Source: Schmidtea polychroa (Eukaryota). From it: a stretch of DNA of 64,000 nt. The stretch lies in contig CM097886.1 of the NCBI GenBank assembly GCA_044892525.1, forward strand, positions 112,034,001 to 112,098,000, in the 5' to 3' direction. Both the position numbers and the translations under genes were made by a program. The notes beneath the pieces were generated by a model, which saw only the letters and a list, made by a program, of their open reading frames with translations, searched no databases and had not been told where the DNA came from. Of the stretch, positions 11,399-24,567 are shown in pieces (position 1 is the first letter of the stretch; each line of letters begins with the position of its first letter).

Positions 11399-12702
11399 GT
11401 TGTGATATTCATTGCGATTTCTAATGGCTTACTAATTCCGAGATTATTTAAGTAATTTACCAAGATTCTAATTAATTGTGTCTATTTAATGATGCGCAAA
11501 TGATTTTGGTTGCCTGGTTTGTAGAATATTATTTGTATTTATATATATACATATATTTGATAAGAGAGTTATACGAAAATTGTAATATTTGATGGGGTTT
11601 GGTAGTGGACTGGTCCGATTTTGGAGTTTATACAAAGCTGGTGGTTTCGAGTACATGTGCGGTCGAGTTTCTTATATGGTATCGATGAGAGCTAAATTAG
11701 TTTGAAATTAGTTTGCCAGTAGAAATTGCATTGATCATCACTTTAAAATTTTAATAAATAAATTTATATTTAAAACACTTAATACTGAAATTGCATCAGT
11801 GACTTGAAAAATTAAACTGTGCAATCTGATTTGCTATGTAATTTAAATGGATTTATTTTATATGAGAAAATACTTATTTATATTTGAATTGTAAGGAGTG
11901 CAATATTTATTTTTGTTATTTAGTTTACTTTTTTGTAAAGGAGGGGCACCTATTACTAGTAGGTTCCTCACTCCCTAAAACCGTAATGGTGAGGCCTGGT
12001 AACTAAAATTGAATTTAGATTGGAATTTTAGGATTCCTTATGTTGAGAGAGGACTTTTTAAAATTTTTTAATGCATCAGAGGTTTAGAAGTTCGTGCAAT
12101 GATTGCAATATTTACTTTTAAAAAATTATTTTAAATAATAATTAAAATATTGTGATAAAAATTGAGAAAGATATTGAACAAATTTTAAACTTTTGTTCAT
12201 CGATTACATAATACTATTCAATTATTACATGGATTAGAAGAGGGATAAATGGCTCACATAAATTTCGGATTGACCTCATTTTATCTGATAAAAAATGTCA
12301 AAGTTGAAAATGAAAATTGTATTGCCCAAAGATTTATATTGACAAAATAAATTTTATATATTTTCATTATAGTGTAAGTATTAGAAGATCTTTATGAAGA
12401 TCTTGTATAATATAAGAATAATAAAAATGATAACTTCGTGATGTGTAATAGTGATTTTTGACTATTTAACATTTTCAATTTAAAACGACCTGACCATTTA
12501 TTTTTTCAAGGTTACCGTGACTAATTCAAATCCGTAAGTTTATAATTTAGCATAATGTAACAGTTTTAAAAGAAATATTTTGTGAAATTAGACAAACTAT
12601 GCATTATTCAATAGATAGAAGTCTATTTTAAAAATGTCATTTCGTTGATCAAAATTAATTTTTTTTCAAAACTTTTCTTGTCGAATAATTATATAACCTT
12701 GA

Positions 12703-13670
12703 CAGTGGCGCAACAACCGCTTGGCATTGGGGTAGTTGCAAAGGGCACCGCTAAATCTTAAATTTTTATTTAAATTGATATTTCACTTTTATCTTCGATA
12801 ACGAAAAAGCTAATAATTAATTATATTTAAATATATTTCATTTAAACTAATATAATGTTTTTTATTATTTTTGTTGCCTTTGTTGTCAATATGATTTTAT
12901 TAGCAACACTGTAGTCTACTGGAACCGGAAAGGAAATAATATCAAAACTGCACAGTCTACACTTGTTAAAAGTTGTAGTGTTTCGCAAGCGATTTAAGAA
13001 TTAATTGAATGTTATTAAAACTTGATCGATTTTAGATTTTTAGTAACTGAAATCATTTTATCAATTCTTAATAAGAATAAAACAGTAATTAATTAAATTC
13101 ATTATCCAGAAAATAAATATATTCCTTAAAAGATAGACATGGATCGGAAGAAAAAAGCGAACATCAGTACCTCACAGAACGACTTACTAAGGAAAAAAGC
13201 AGTGGCGAAATGGGCCAAACATTAAAGCAAGAAAAGTTAAGCTTTGAGCCTTTGATATAGAACTAGGAGTGTCAGTGCAGTGTTACTTAAATTTTTTTTG
13301 ATTGTGAGTTTCTATCTTTATGTATAAGTTAGTGAGAATTACACATTGACACTATTGTTTTTATTTTTAATATATGAACTTCAAGTATTGCTGTAGTCTA
13401 TATTAACTCAACAATATCCAACTTTATCCTCCAATTTATTTAGTATTATTTATTAAATAATAAACTGTAAATTAGTATCGTTCCTGTCTTTTGCATTTTT
13501 CATATCCACGTTGTATTACTGTCACTGTCAGACTACGTAATTATTGTCATAAATAAAATAAGAAATTCAATTATTTTTTGCTAACAATTGAAAAAGTCGC
13601 AAAGCTGAAATTTGTCAAGGGCGCCAAAAATAAATTAGCCAAGTACGTCGAAAACCCAGTTACGCCTCTG
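12703..13670. mobile_element. Internally deleted hAT element
   Basis: TIRs CAGTGGCGCAAC / CAGAGGCGTAAC; perfect TSD AACCTTGA. The interior has an ..ARKVKL* stretch like a hAT transposase C-terminus. Confidence 0.8.
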
Positions 13671-14073
13671 AACCTTGATAACTCCATGTTATAGAAAAAT
13701 AGAATTTAATAAAATAACGAAAATAAAGAACTGCTCTACTATTCGTTGCATTCATTTAGATAATTTTCAAAGGTTTATTATTTATCAACAATATTAAAAC
13801 AAACAAAATCTTTAATTGTAAAAATTATCTTGATAAAATCAACATCAAACTCTTCGTTCTACAAACCTTGTATTTTATATTATAATGATATTTATTTTTA
13901 AATAATTAATATATTATTCACATTTATTATTCATTCCTTTTCTTGAAAGAAATTCTCAACGTCCCTAAATGGAAACCATTCACCAAGTCCTTTTCTAGCT
14001 ACTCGAATGAATGCAGTTGAAACAAAAAAGATAGAAATATAATTAGAAATATTTATTATTTTACCAATAAATG

Positions 14074-15426
14074 TCAGAGGGCTTTCATAGCACAATGAAC
14101 TTGATCTAATAGATTTTGAATAGAGAAAACCTTTTCATTATATTTTCTGCTACCAGAATAAAATTGTAGAGATTTTAATTCTTTCGTGGAAATGTATTTG
14201 AACTTGTTAAGGTCCAGCAAATAATGACATCCAGGTTTTTGATGGTATATATATTCTTTCAACTGTTCTATTATTTCGAATATGCACTCCATTACTTTTG
14301 ATACTCTTTTATCTAGTGAAATTAATTTCACTTGCTCAAATTTTGAAGAATTAACTCGAAAGCTTAGATAACCCCTTGAAAAACCGTATCTAATCAGATA
14401 AAGGTCTAGCGTACACATGAACCGTTCCACTGGAGAAAGGTCTGATTGGGCACATTTTGTTTTAATGTTATCTATTGACCCTGTCAAATGATTCAGCATC
14501 GACGTAATTAATTCAAATTTATTATCAAGAATAAAATATCTAAAGTTTTCTTCGTTGTATTTGAATCTCGCGAGTTCTTCACTAGCTGTTAATTTTATAT
14601 CAAAATTATTTCGGAGTTTACTGGGAATGAAAGACAGCGATAAATCTACTGGGAAAGCGCGCTCTAATTGGCTTGATATACAATTGTTAAAGTATATAAA
14701 AAAACTTTCTAGTAACCATTCGAATAAACCGACAGAATGGTCAAATCGGTCATTAAATAAGTTTATTTTTTCTGACAGTTTTAAACAATAATTTACGATT
14801 TCATCTTTATGGCTTACTTTGTTTTCATACGACTCAATCCAGTCTTGTGCTTCGGACAAAATAGCAATTTTTACATTGAATATTAATTCTAAATTGGAAC
14901 CCTCCTTTTTGAGTTCATAAAATATTAGGGGACTTGTTTTAATGGTGCACAATTCGTAATTACTAATTACATCGGAAATTATTGAAATATTTTTTCTTAG
15001 CATTGCCAATTTAGATAAAACTTCGTTGAAAGATTCTTTTGTAATTTGGGATTTTTCTTTGAAATCTAAAATAATCATATTAAATTCTCCTTCAGAGGCG
15101 GCTTGGTCTACACCCTGAAAATCCGGCAAAAAAACCGATTTTTGAGCAATTTTCGGTAAGTCGTTTAGTTCGGAATTTATTTTGATAATAGCATTTGACA
15201 GGTTAAGAGAACTTATAAAGTCTTTAAAATTTATGACAATTTCTTTTTCTTTATTGACCACCTTTAACGACGTAATTGGTATTTCATCTAATGGACAAGT
15301 TTCACTAGCCTTCACAAACTCTTTTACACAATCTTTACAAAATGAATGTCCGCAATCCCATAACAACATACTAGTTTCTGAATCCAATAGTGAATAGCAT
15401 ATCAAACATTCTAGATTATTTTCCAT
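14074..15426 (-). CDS. Single-exon RING-finger protein (putative E3 ligase), C-terminal region unassigned
   Basis: 450-aa uninterrupted ORF. N-terminal CLIC...CGHSFCKDC...CPLD RING with Asp as the last ligand. AATAAA just downstream on the minus strand. Confidence 0.85.
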   Translation of the reverse strand: MENNLECLICYSLLDSETSMLLWDCGHSFCKDCVKEFVKASETCPLDEIPITSLKVVNKEKEIVINFKDFISSLNLSNAIIKINSELNDLPKIAQKSVFLPDFQGVDQAASEGEFNMIILDFKEKSQITKESFNEVLSKLAMLRKNISIISDVISNYELCTIKTSPLIFYELKKEGSNLELIFNVKIAILSEAQDWIESYENKVSHKDEIVNYCLKLSEKINLFNDRFDHSVGLFEWLLESFFIYFNNCISSQLERAFPVDLSLSFIPSKLRNNFDIKLTASEELARFKYNEENFRYFILDNKFELITSMLNHLTGSIDNIKTKCAQSDLSPVERFMCTLDLYLIRYGFSRGYLSFRVNSSKFEQVKLISLDKRVSKVMECIFEIIEQLKEYIYHQKPGCHYLLDLNKFKYISTKELKSLQFYSGSRKYNEKVFSIQNLLDQVHCAMKAL

Positions 15427-16326
15427 TTATATTTTCTTAAATCATTTTTATATAAATCAATATAGTCGACAAGAACATTTATTTTCTTTATAACAAATTT
15501 TATTGGTTAAAATTGAATTAAATCGAAAATTTATAAAATTAAAAAATTATTAAAGTAAAATTGATCAAGCTAAAATTTAAATAAATTTAAAAAATGTTTA
15601 AAATCTTTTATTTTAGATGCGCGTTTTATTCAATAAAATAACGATTTTAAAATTGTGTTACAATTATATTTTAAGTTTTCAAATCAACAATTATTTGAAA
15701 AGTCAGTCTTAAGTCATTATAACATATCGATATATACAAGGTGACCCATATTTAATGACCCAAAGTTTAATATTAATAAAAAAATCAGTCAGGTTCAATT
15801 TTATTAAAAAATTTCTTTATTTAAAAAATTTTGATTCTTCAAAAAAGTTATAATAACTTTATTATTTTCAATAGATAAATATTTTTTCATTCTACAAGGA
15901 AAATAATATTTCGTAACTTACAATATTTATTTCCATTTTAATTATCTAAAAATTCTTGATTGACGCAAAAAATAATGGTAAAATATATTTCAAAAAATAA
16001 AATTGTTATTTTTATAATTACATTAATTTAGTATTTATTAAAAAGCTTGACTATAAATCAATAAAAATATCAAAAAAAATGATTTATATCTTTATTGGTT
16101 AATAGTCAAGTTTCTTAATAAATATAATGTCAAAAGAAAAGAAATCAGAGGTGAAAATTGAAAAAAGTTCTTATAATACATAAATTTAGATTTTTTACAA
16201 AAATTAGTTAATATACATGAAATTAGTTTCTCTTTAAAAAATAAAAATAATTATGTTTAATTTACATTGAAATAATTTTATTTAGATTTAGATAAAAATT
16301 AAGTACTTTTAAAATTTAAGTATTAA

Positions 16327-16559
16327 CCTCCTGGCCGCGTTTTTTTTTCAAATTTGATTAAAAAAAATGTATTTTTATAAATAATGTTAGTACGTCGAAA
16401 TCGGAATGCATAAAATTATCAGCACAGAAAGACAGTTTGAATGGGGAAATAGCAACGTGAGAAAACATAAATAAATGCGAGCACGTCCAAATCGCGGGAT
16501 GTGTATTATTAAACCAGTAGATGCTGCACGCGTAAATTGCGGGATACTCGGTCAGAGGG
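16327..16559. mobile_element. piggyBac-type MITE
   Basis: TTAA on both sides; imperfect TIRs CCTCCTGGCCG / CCCTCTGACCG. Confidence 0.65.
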
Positions 16560-16891
16560 TTAAATATTTGAATAAATGTTAAAAGTACTTGAAACAATTT
16601 AGTAAAATAAAATTAATAAATTAGCATCGCCCATTTGACAATCGTGTTTATCTTTTGTATTTTGAACCTGCAACACCGGATAAATCCGTTTAAATTGGTT
16701 TCTTTCTTCACTAATCTCATTTCTTTGGAACCTTATGAACCTAGCTGTATAAATTTGATCAAAATTTGATGCATAAAAAACTGAATTGTTTTTTCATTAT
16801 CTGCAAAAATTACACTGAAATCATAGCAAATTCATTTAAGGTGTTACAAATACTAATTTATTTTTTTGAAAGTCTAGATAGTGTTCCACAT

Positions 16892-17133
16892 CAGTGATGT
16901 GCAGACTTTTTTGGTCTGTGATCCCTTTCTTAAATAAAAATTTATTTGAACCCACCAAGCAATTTTTATTGAGAAAATTAAAAATACTCTTTTTGAGTAA
17001 AATTTTTAACAAATATAGTTATGCAAAATTTAAAGAATATTTTTTATTGTAAATTTGTAAATATTTCAAAATGATAAAACAAATTTTTCGACCCCTCTGG
17101 AGTTTTTCGCGACCTACACTTTGAGCACCGCTA
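16892..17133. mobile_element. Old hAT MITE
   Basis: Degenerate ends CAGTGATGTGCAGA / TAGCGGTGCTCAAA; TSD TTCCACAT / TTCTACAC (6/8); GCGACC subterminal motif shared with 52034-52230. Confidence 0.5.
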
Positions 17134-17749
17134 TTCTACACTAAAGCCCAATGTAATTGTTAGTAATAACTATTTGGTCTATGATTGTATAGAAAATAAA
17201 TGAAATTTAAATATTATTTAAATAATGTATTTACAATTGTAACTTTTGTGAATAATTGAATTTTGTTTTAGTTTTAATTAAATAATAATTTTTAAATTTA
17301 TTTTTAGTGATATTTATATTAAATATTAAGTTAAAAGAAGCAAATCAAACCGTAATTATTAATTTTAAATTGTAATAACGTCATTAGACATTTTATTGCT
17401 ATTAAAATTGAAAAGAAAAATTTCAAAAAAGTTATTTAAATATTAAAACTTTTCTTAACGAAAATAAACTGGGAAAAAAATTATTTGACAGAATTAAATT
17501 GAACAGCTGCTGATTTAACAATTAATTTAATTACATAAATTTATTTGTATTGGTTGAGTTGTTTTAATCATCAATTCGATTTTGAAGTGAGTTTCAAGAC
17601 ACAATAAATTATTCAGAGGATTTCCTCAAATATAATTTTTTTTCTTTGAATTTGTGCCGATTTTTCTCTTATATAATTGTCTTAGTAAATAAAAATTGCA
17701 ACAAGCCAATATTGGCGGTAGAGTAGACAATTTAGGATACTGTATTTAT

Positions 17750-17920
17750 TAAAAAACTGGACTATGAATCAATAAAGATATCGATGTTTTATTTGATATT
17801 CACGAATTTTCGGCACTGTCTTTTTCAAGTCAATTTAAAAATAGGCAGTGCCGAAAATTTGTGAATATCAATAAAAATATCGATATATATTTACTGATTC
17901 ATAATTAAGTTTTTTAATAA
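17750..17920. repeat. Long imperfect palindrome belonging to a dispersed repeat family
   Basis: Arms ACTATGAATCAATAAAGATATCGAT...CACGAATTTTCGGCACTG pair with CAGTGCCGAAAATTTGTG...ATCGATATATATTTACTGATTCATA. Related copies at about 16035-16180, 23640-23685 and 56420-56550. Confidence 0.75.
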
Positions 17921-17991
17921 ACCTAATGTCAATTGAAAAGAAATCAGTGGTTAAAATTGAAAAAAGTTCTTATAATTAAATATAGTAATTT

Positions 17992-18610
17992 CGTATTCCG
18001 ACAATCCGCCAACACGACAATCCAGCAAGTACGACAATTCGCCAAACGACAATCCTCCAAATGACAATCCGTCAACAGACAATCTGCCAACACGAGAATC
18101 CGCCAACACTAAAAAATTGGCCAACGCTGACATTTATAAAAAAATATTTGTAGGTCATCATATTAAAATTAATTCACATGTACTTGTACAACAAATTTGC
18201 CTAAATAATCATTCAAATAAAAGCATAAAAATCAAATACCAGTACCTTTATGATCAGTATCATTGCGACATGTTGAATGTGAGTAGTACTCTTGTGAGCA
18301 ATACCCATAGGGGGTCAAAACATCTTGTCGGATAAACTCAGAGTATATATAATAAAACGAATTAACTCATTCAAATTTATCATTGAATCAGTCAAATTAT
18401 CACAAATTTTGATAAAAAATCTTGTTTACCTCTCAGCCAGTTAAATTGTTTAAACATTTAATTAAAATTTTATATTAAACAATTACTAGTTGATTCTTAT
18501 CTTTCAGCGGAGAATTTATTTTTAAAATTTTAAAAATATAATAAATTTAAAATGTATCGACTTTTTGGCAGATTGTCGCTTTGAACTATTTGGCGAATTG
18601 TCGTACAACC
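17992..18610. mobile_element. Non-autonomous Mutator-like (MULE) element
   Basis: Perfect 9-bp TSD TAGTAATTT (17983-17991, 18611-18619); tandem CGACAATCCGCCAA-type motifs at the left end, inverted copies at the right end. Confidence 0.75.
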
Positions 18611-19507
18611 TAGTAATTTATATATTTACCTAAATAAAATTTTTTAGGACATTATTGTACCATTTCGTGATTTCTTGGAAACTCAATTTAATAAGTTCTC
18701 AAGAATAAGATCAAATCCTATGTTTAGGATTTTTGAGTTAAGTTCACGTTGGAACTTGCCTCTAATTGATCAATCCTCCAACATCCCGAATGTTATATGG
18801 ACTATTTACAATAAAATTTCATTTACAAGACTCGATTATTGAATCTCCCATCAAGATTATTCCATTATTGATTTATCTAACTCATGAATATTACCATTTA
18901 TTTATGACCTTGACAAAGTGAAACATTTTCAAACAAGAAAAATCAAGCTTAAACGCGGTGAAAACACCGCCAAATTGAAAAAATCTCATAAAATGGCTCC
19001 AAAATTCTGCCTCAGCGGCATCTATTAATATATAAAAATGTGATTAATTTGAATTTAATTTTAACAGACGATTTCAAATTAGATTTTGAATTTATTACAG
19101 AAAATTAGCTTTGAAATTTCAATTTAAAACGATTAGAAATGTCTGGCAAATAAGAAGCCCAACAGGAAATTTTATTTTAATTTAATTGAAGTTGAAAATT
19201 TGGTTTTTTTTAAACTTGTTGCTTTTCTTTGGACGATTCATATAATTATAATGAAATAGTAAAACAAAAAAAAACATAAAACTAATATTATTTTATCAAA
19301 ATGAATTTTATTGGTTATTAATAATTAATTGTAATAATATATACACAATTAAATTGAGTAATCCGGACACAATTTATTTTTTAATCTATTTAAATTAAAT
19401 AGAATGCGATTAAACACCAGCAATGACCTTTGCAGATTTTTAAAAAGGATTTAGTCAGTAAATTTTTATGGATAATCCGGATCTTCCATTTTCACTATGT
19501 GCTTATA

Positions 19508-20439
19508 CAGTAAGAACCTGCTTAACGCGGGTTGTACTTTCCATCAAAGTACAGAGTTATATGAAAGAGCGTTAAACGAGGTCATCTCATCATGTAAATA
19601 ATTGGGTTAGGGGAAAACTGGTATAAAATAAAAAAAATTTTCAAGTATTTTGTCACTTAATCTTTTGGCGTCGAAGACCGTATATTCTCGTGAAAAAATA
19701 TCGTTTTTCCGTTTTACCGTTTTAGGTGTTAGATATGCCTATAAACTTTATCGGCAAGTTTAAACTTGTCTGTTATTTAATTTGTCATGTATGAATCTGG
19801 CAGTTGTAGTTCTTATTTCAAAGTTGACACACGAACGTTTGCATACTTGATAACTATCGAAGTCTATAGAAACTGCCGTCTTATAGGCATATTTAATAAA
19901 AAAATAGCACGTCGCGAAAAGGTTAAGTTCATTAAATGAGTTTTTAATAACAATACAACAACAAATATTTATTTCTTACAAATATAGAAATATAACAAAT
20001 GGATATATAAACATTAATAAAATTCTAAGTCACCATTTAAGTTTGAAATCATGCAGATTCTTTTATACTTCCAATTTTCTACCATTTTATCAAGAAGATA
20101 TCTAATGTTATATCGTTTTTCTTCTTCACTCTGTAAGAAGTCATCGATAAATGGACAAGGCATACATGATACCCTTCTTGCTTTTCAGCTCTTATCAAAA
20201 TTTGTGTCATTTTCAGTAAATAGATTTATATTGGCTAAACTGGTTTTTAGAAATGCCGTTGGAAGTTCTTTTGTTCTTGGTCTGCTAATTCCTCATCATT
20301 AGAATGACTTTCTGCTGTTTCTTGCAATAATTCTTTGAGATCTTACACATTTACCTCATATAAGCTTGTTCATTTCGCTAATTCTACTATTCCGTTAAAA
20401 CCACGTTAAACCGAAATAGCGTTAAGAGGGAGCTTGCTG
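19508..20439 (-). mobile_element. Tigger/pogo deletion derivative with transposase C-terminal remnant
   Basis: TA-flanked TIRs CAGTAAGAACCTGCTTAACGC / CAGCAAGCTCCCTCTTAACGC. Minus-strand DLKELLQETAESHSNDEEL...FTENDTNFDKS resembles a Tigger C-terminus. Confidence 0.7.
19661..19922. mobile_element. piggyBac-type MITE nested in the Tigger element
   Basis: TTAA at 19657-19660 and 19923-19926; inverted homolog of 45105-45418. Confidence 0.75.
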
Positions 20440-22449
20440 TATTTATAATTTCATTCATTTTCATTTAGTTTTCGAATATTGAATAATGTTTTCTATGTAG
20501 CACAATTTANNNNNNNNNNNNNNNNNNNNNNNNNNNNNNNNNNNNNNNNNNNNNNNNNNNNNNNNNNNNNNNNNNNNNNNNNNNNNNNNNNNNNNNNNNN
20601 NNNNNNNNNNNNNNNNNNNNNNNNNNNNNNNNNNNNNNNNNNNNNNNNNNNNNNNNNNNNNNNNNNNNNNNNNNNNNNNNNNNNNNNNNNNNNNNNNNNN
20701 NNNNNNNNNNNNNNNNNNNNNNNNNNNNNNNNNNNNNNNNNNNNNNNNNNNNNNNNNNNNNNNNNNNNNNNNNNNNNNNNNNNNNNNNNNNNNNNNNNNN
20801 NNNNNNNNNNNNNNNNNNNNNNNNNNNNNNNNNNNNNNNNNNNNNNNNNNNNNNNNNNNNNNNNNNNNNNNNNNNNNNNNNNNNNNNNNNNNNNNNNNNN
20901 NNNNNNNNNNNTTTATTTTTGTTTTTATTAAACCTTAAATTAAAATTAACAATTGTGGTTAAAGTGTTTCAAATTATCCATTGAAATGACAATTCAATTA
21001 ATTCAATTAAAAAATAAATTTCATTATCTTCCTGTCAATCTGAACAAAAGTAGTGGAGCACCCTGTAGAAAATAAATTGCAATAGTCATTTTATTAATTG
21101 AAGTCATAGTAAAAGGGAAATTCTCCCGCGCCTCAAAACGCCTGAGGATCAAAAGATCCAGTTGAAAACTATGGGAAAATTCCGATCACATTTCATTCAC
21201 AAATTCCCAGTGAGAATCTCAAATTGAATTTACATTTCTATTTTGATTTATTATTTAACAAACAGGTGAAAGAAATGTAATTTTTATTTTCTATTTTTCA
21301 TTTCCTATTTGCTGATAGATTTTATTCGTGTTATTTATTTAATATTTCCTCTAGCATTGTAGTATGGATATGTTACTGACAGAGTCACCTTATTCATTGT
21401 ACTAACCCCGCCTAGTACAAGGGAGCCAGAAGAATTGGGGGCATGTGTGAAAATATTAAATAACTCATTTTTGTTTTAATTAATATACATAATTTTCAAT
21501 TTTTTTAAACGTATTTTAATAGTTTTGTTATTGAATTAAACTTTTTTCTTAAAATGAATAAATTTTTTATTTATGTAAATACAATTTTTATTTTTTAAAT
21601 TGAGTATGTTTTTGATTTTGGAAATAAAAACTCTGAAAACATTTTTAAAGAGTCTTAAAATTTTTAACATAGGGGCTCCACTGGTTACCCGGTCTATCGG
21701 CCAGAGGATGAACTGCAACGGAATATTAGAAAATGCTGGGGTAGAAGTTTATCCTAAACCTTCAAATACCTAGAAAATAATCTGTATAATTTCAATCAAT
21801 TTGTACAAAGTGAAAAGGTTTGTTTATTTCAGTCTAGAGACAACAAAATATGAAAAATTAATCAAAGGATGACTGAATTTTTTATCAATAACATAATAAA
21901 AGTTAAAATCCATTTATTATTATGTTAATATTCGATATGGAAAATTTTAAATATTACTATAATTTTTATTTTTAATAGACAACATGACATTTCTATTTCA
22001 ATGCTATCTGTAAATTGACATTATTTATCGACTTATTTTTAATTAAATTTAACTTATTGATTTGAAATGTTGTCAAATAATCATAGTAGCTATTACTAAT
22101 TTTACAAATCATATTGTTTCAAATGAACATTTAATTTAAATTTATAATAAGTTTTATTAATTAAGTTTCAAAAATTTAAGCACCTGGAATAATTAAAGAT
22201 ATGTTTAATTCAATGGAATTTATTATTATTTTTCTAGACTGAAATACAATCAAACCTACAAATGCAATGATATTCACTTTTTTGTTTTCAAAAAATCTGG
22301 TTGCTTTTTACTGCGGAATCAAATTTTATTGTATTGTCCTAAATAAAAAATCCTTATTCAGTTTTAGGCGTTTCAATTTGTGTTGCATTCTTTTGTAAGA
22401 TATAATCAAGAACCGCATGGTAAGATTTCATCTTGGTAGGTTTTTTATT

Positions 22450-22894
22450 ACATGCGGCCCTTTTGAATAATTTGTGCGGCCCTCGTGTATATTTATTTAA
22501 ATATTTATATAAAAAATTTTCAGAAATTGCAGCACTAAAAAATACATTTTCAGTTTTCACTAAAAAATTAGAAATGGCAGCACATTTTTATTACACTAAA
22601 AATTATTCTGTTGGGTGATTTCAAAATAATTTTTTTCAACAACTTTTTCAACAATTATTTCAACAACAAACTTGACACCAAATATTTTAAAAATTGTTAG
22701 TAAAAAACAATGTCATATTGCTCCAAAAAAAATTAAATTAATTATTTCAACTAAATTAAAATGCATTTTTTGTATATAGAAACCGGGTTATAATTTAAAA
22801 TTTTACAGATTAGGTGTTTTTTTCTAAATGTGGCCCTCATAGAATGTATTATTAGAAAATGTGGCACACATACTGAAAAGTCTGTGCATCCCTG
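22450..22894. mobile_element. hAT element remnant; only the right end is clear
   Basis: Right end ..TCTGTGCATCCCTG followed by CTATAGTT (NNNTANNN); GCGGCCC subterminal motifs. Left TIR not found. Confidence 0.45.
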
Positions 22895-24525
22895 CTATAG
22901 TTAGTCGTATTTTTTATATTTTTAAATGTATTTTTTGTGTTTCTATGTCAATCATCGTTTTGAATTTCAACAAAAACAGGTCAAATTAGGAATCTATCAA
23001 ATTTTTAAAAAATAATTCGTATTATATCAATCAGAAAATGATCAAATTGGAAATTCCTCGTTACCGAAATGGTACTATAGTGCCTCAACTTTATTCATAT
23101 TTACATAATTATTTATATAGATGTATTATATTATAATATACTAAAAAGTACTAAAAGTATTAAAAAAACACTTGTTTAAATAATCAGAATAAGAAACAAA
23201 AAACTTACGTTCGAAATAAATAGTAAGAAGAAGATAAATAAGAGATGAAGCGCAGCAATAAAATTTATACCAATAATTCAGAAGCAACTTTTCATCCGGA
23301 ACTATAATCGCAGTCAAATCATTATTACCATCAGATGGAATTCAGATCGCGACATCACAATTTTATACTCAATAAAATTTGGACGTTATCAATTATAATG
23401 TATTTCATAGTCACGATAGGTACGAAAGGATATCGAAAGCATAAAAATAAAGAAAAGAATTTAAATAACTTATTAATGTATTGAAATAGCTCTTGAATAA
23501 ATGGAAACCCGGTCAACGTAGTCACAAAAAAGCGAATAACAATTAGTCTTAAAATATGATTTAAAAATAAAATTTTTGAAATTGTTAGATAATTTTTCTT
23601 GAATATTAAATAACTTTAATCTTAACCATTTAATAAATACAGTGTCAATGGAAAAGAAATCAGTGGTGAAATTTGAAAAAAATTAATCATTTAACAATTA
23701 AATATTTTATTTTTTAAATTATTTTGAAATATTTTTTTGAATTATAAATATAACTAAAATTTCTAAATAACAATAAATGAAATATTTATTCAAATATTTT
23801 CATAATTTGAGAGAATATTTTCATAAATATATAATTGATAAACTTTTCCTAAAATTTAGTTGTCAAGAGTTGTAATTAAAACAAATCAGTTGGAGTTCCA
23901 AACTATTAAACCTTCATTAGAAGGAAAAATCCTGATGAAAATATTTTCAGATTTTTTGTTATTTAAAATTTTTTTTATAATAATAAATTATTAAAAATGC
24001 AATTTTTAATTTATTAGCATGACCTTGAAATTGAATAGAATTTATTTCTCATTATGATTTGATGTTATTTTGTAATAATTATTACAAATTTGGTTATGAA
24101 ATAGTCATAAACAATAAAACGAGACATAATTAAGCTTTAATAAAATGTACATTAAATACAAACTAATGACAAACGATCAAATTAACATAATCAAATTAAA
24201 ATAAAACACTGAAATAGAAGTTAACACTATTAAATGAAAAGGTAATGCTTTTAAATGTCAAGGTCATATGAATAAATTATAAATTATAGAATTATACATC
24301 GTTTTGCCCATTGGTAGATTACAGGAAATTCAATATTTTGTGTCTTCTCTTATATCTGTCATATTATTTTTTATTTTTTACACATTACAAACCACTATTA
24401 TTATTAATAAAACTGTAAATTCTGTTTCACGCATCATCCAGACCCTCATATTACCGAAATATTTTAACAAAACCACTAAAAAAACTATGGTATAAGAAAT
24501 GGTATACGGTAAGTTAAATTTAGAG

Positions 24526-24531
<6 letters not shown>

Positions 24532-24564
<33 letters not shown>
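24532..24564. repeat. (TA)n microsatellite
   Basis: Read directly from the sequence. Confidence 0.95.

Positions 24565-24567
<3 letters not shown>

Noticed and set aside
17999-18115. Tandem motifs as a CRISPR-like array
   Set aside because: No unique spacers and a eukaryotic context; explained as MULE subterminal repeats.
23925-23965. CTGATGA as another hammerhead core
   Set aside because: No stem II plus GAAA follows; it is a simple hairpin.
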